Source: a virus (taxonomy: Duplodnaviria; Caudoviricetes). From it: DNA of 64,000 nucleotides. Positions 62,517-64,000 of the stretch are shown here, piece after piece. The DNA is taken from positions 1 through 64,000 of IMG/VR virus record IMGVR_UViG_2933814219_000003; one strand, written 5' to 3'. How positions within the stretch are numbered: position 1 is the first letter of the stretch; every line of letters begins with the position of its first letter. Both the position numbers and the translations under genes were made by a program. The notes under the pieces were generated by a model that saw only the letters and a list, made by a program, of their open reading frames with translations, did no database searches and had not been told where the DNA came from.

Positions 62517-63608
62517 TCACGCGGCGGGCCTGGTGAACGCGGCATGCTGCTCCGGGGTGATCAGCCCGGTGTCACGCCACTGGTCGATCAGATCGTCCTG
62601 GCCCGGGATCTCCACGCACGAGGAGCAGAGGCGACCAGCGGGCGCCGCGGCATCAGGGCCGCCGTTCTTCTGGCCCCACCGGCAGTACTTCACCCCAGCC
62701 TGCTCCGCCTCAGCCTCCAGCGCCTTCAAGCGGGCGGCGACCTCCGGGTAGAAGAACTCGATCTCGTCGAGCTCACCCGGCTTCGCGTAAGCCCCGCACA
62801 GGCACTCACCGGACATGTGGATGTGCTCGGTGACCTCGTTCAGCGGCAACGCCCCGTCGAAGCACAGGCGGTGCTCGGCGTGCTCGTGATCCTGCTGGCA
62901 GCGATGCCTGGCCCGGTACTCCCGCATGTGAGCGTCGGTCCAGTGGACCAGCGGCGACACCCACACGATGCTGCCGTCCGGGTCGATCGCCTCGGCGTTC
63001 CGGAACCGCTTCTCCGACTCACCCCACCGCATTCCGCCCAGGTAGACGATCTTCTTCCGGTCGGCGCGCGGCAGCCGCGTCTGGTCACCCAGGGTTTCCC
63101 GGCGGAACCGCATCAGCGGCTCGTTCTTCAACTGCCGGTACATCACCTTGTGGCCAGCCGGCCCGGGGAACCCCTTCCAGATCGGGCGCCACCCGGCGTT
63201 CGGCCCCGAACCGGCGATGACCTTCCCGAGGACGAGATCCTCGTACCGGTTCTTCGGGTGCAGCTCGTGCAGGGTGTCGCCCCAAGCGGCAGCAACATCC
63301 GTCACGTACTGGGTGGTTGCGGGGATGCCGGTGCCCGTGTTCACGTGCAGCACCGCGTCGTACCGGTCACGCAGCAGGTGCCCGACGATCGCCGAATCGT
63401 TCCCCCCGGACGAGAGCCAGTACGTGCCGACGATGGGGTGGGTGGCGAGCGCCTCGGTGAGGATCTCGTGCGAGCGGGCGATCGCCTCATCAAGGGTCCG
63501 AGCCACGTGCTCGCCCTCCTCAGCCTTTGGCGGGGCCTTCGGGAGCAGGTCCGGCATTCCGGGGAACATGTCCTCGGCGTTGGCGGTCCGGCGGTTACGG
63601 GAACTCAT
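62517..63608 (-). CDS. PAPS reductase-family (PP-loop) protein
   Basis: SGGNDS, NTG, GMRWGES..R, SPL..W, SGECLCGAYA. Confidence 0.85.
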   Translation of the reverse strand: MSSRNRRTANAEDMFPGMPDLLPKAPPKAEEGEHVARTLDEAIARSHEILTEALATHPIVGTYWLSSGGNDSAIVGHLLRDRYDAVLHVNTGTGIPATTQYVTDVAAAWGDTLHELHPKNRYEDLVLGKVIAGSGPNAGWRPIWKGFPGPAGHKVMYRQLKNEPLMRFRRETLGDQTRLPRADRKKIVYLGGMRWGESEKRFRNAEAIDPDGSIVWVSPLVHWTDAHMREYRARHRCQQDHEHAEHRLCFDGALPLNEVTEHIHMSGECLCGAYAKPGELDEIEFFYPEVAARLKALEAEAEQAGVKYCRWGQKNGGPDAAAPAGRLCSSCVEIPGQDDLIDQWRDTGLITPEQHAAFTRPAA

Positions 63609-63845
63609 CGGGGTCACTCCTTTCGGGTCGATGGGTGATGAGATTTGAGCGGTTTGGTCGGCTTTCTGGGCTTCTTTACGGTCGGGCGGCCCACTGGGCG
63701 CCTCGCTGGCGTTCTCCGCCCCGGCGGGGCTCCGGGGCACTGGACGACTGTTCGGCCGCGAGAGGCCCCGTTCTGTCCCGCGACGGGGCCTCGCGCCCGC
63801 ACCCCACCCCAAGACCGGTCCCCCTGTCGGGGTTCAACGTGCGCA

Positions 63846-64000
63846 TCAGGCGGCCTCCCCGTAGGCCCGCAGGTCCCGGTTCGTCGACCACGTCACACCG
63901 CAGGAGGGGCAGCAGTACAGGTGGCTGACCTGGGTCTCACCGCGGTACTCGGCGGCCTGCTGGACGTGCTGCCGCGGGCAGTTGGGGCAGTTGTCGACCA
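63846..64000 (-). CDS. partial Zn-ribbon protein
   Basis: CPNC...CCPSCG..W, runs off the window edge. Confidence 0.5.
   Translation of the reverse strand, partial: VDNCPNCPRQHVQQAAEYRGETQVSHLYCCPSCGVTWSTNRDLRAYGEAA

Larger units (their letters stand above)
1..64000. mobile_element. Streptomyces-type siphoviral prophage or phage-plasmid region (boundaries not visible)
   Basis: Full ordered head-tail-lysis module, many small coupled early ORFs, no host housekeeping genes recognised. Confidence 0.9.

Overview
High-GC, Streptomyces-like siphoviral (pro)phage region. The minus strand carries a complete late module: terminase (39.5 kb), portal, MuF-like protein, scaffold, capsid, head-tail and tail genes, tape measure, tail tip (18.2 kb), lysis genes (10-12 kb) and a fibre-like GDPD protein. 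A plus-strand sugar-modification operon (3 glycosyltransferases, RmlB-like dehydratase, 2OG-Fe(II) oxygenase, methyltransferase) sits between the tail and lysis genes. The early region (40-64 kb) contains an apparently complete Streptomyces plasmid/AICE-type transfer module (GntR/KorSA-type repressor with operators, Xis-like protein, spread-type genes, TraB FtsK translocase), which suggests a phage-conjugative hybrid. It also holds two tRNA-minihelix-like intergenic elements, two GIY-YIG/HTH paralogues, a small alarmone hydrolase-like protein, an HNH protein, a replication initiator and a PAPS-reductase-like gene. The left end has an SOS-box-linked DUF6233/ATP-dependent ligase pair, a serine resolvase with a res-like site and moron-like genes. 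No integrase, att site or CRISPR array is visible. All family calls come from motif recognition by eye, with no database searches.
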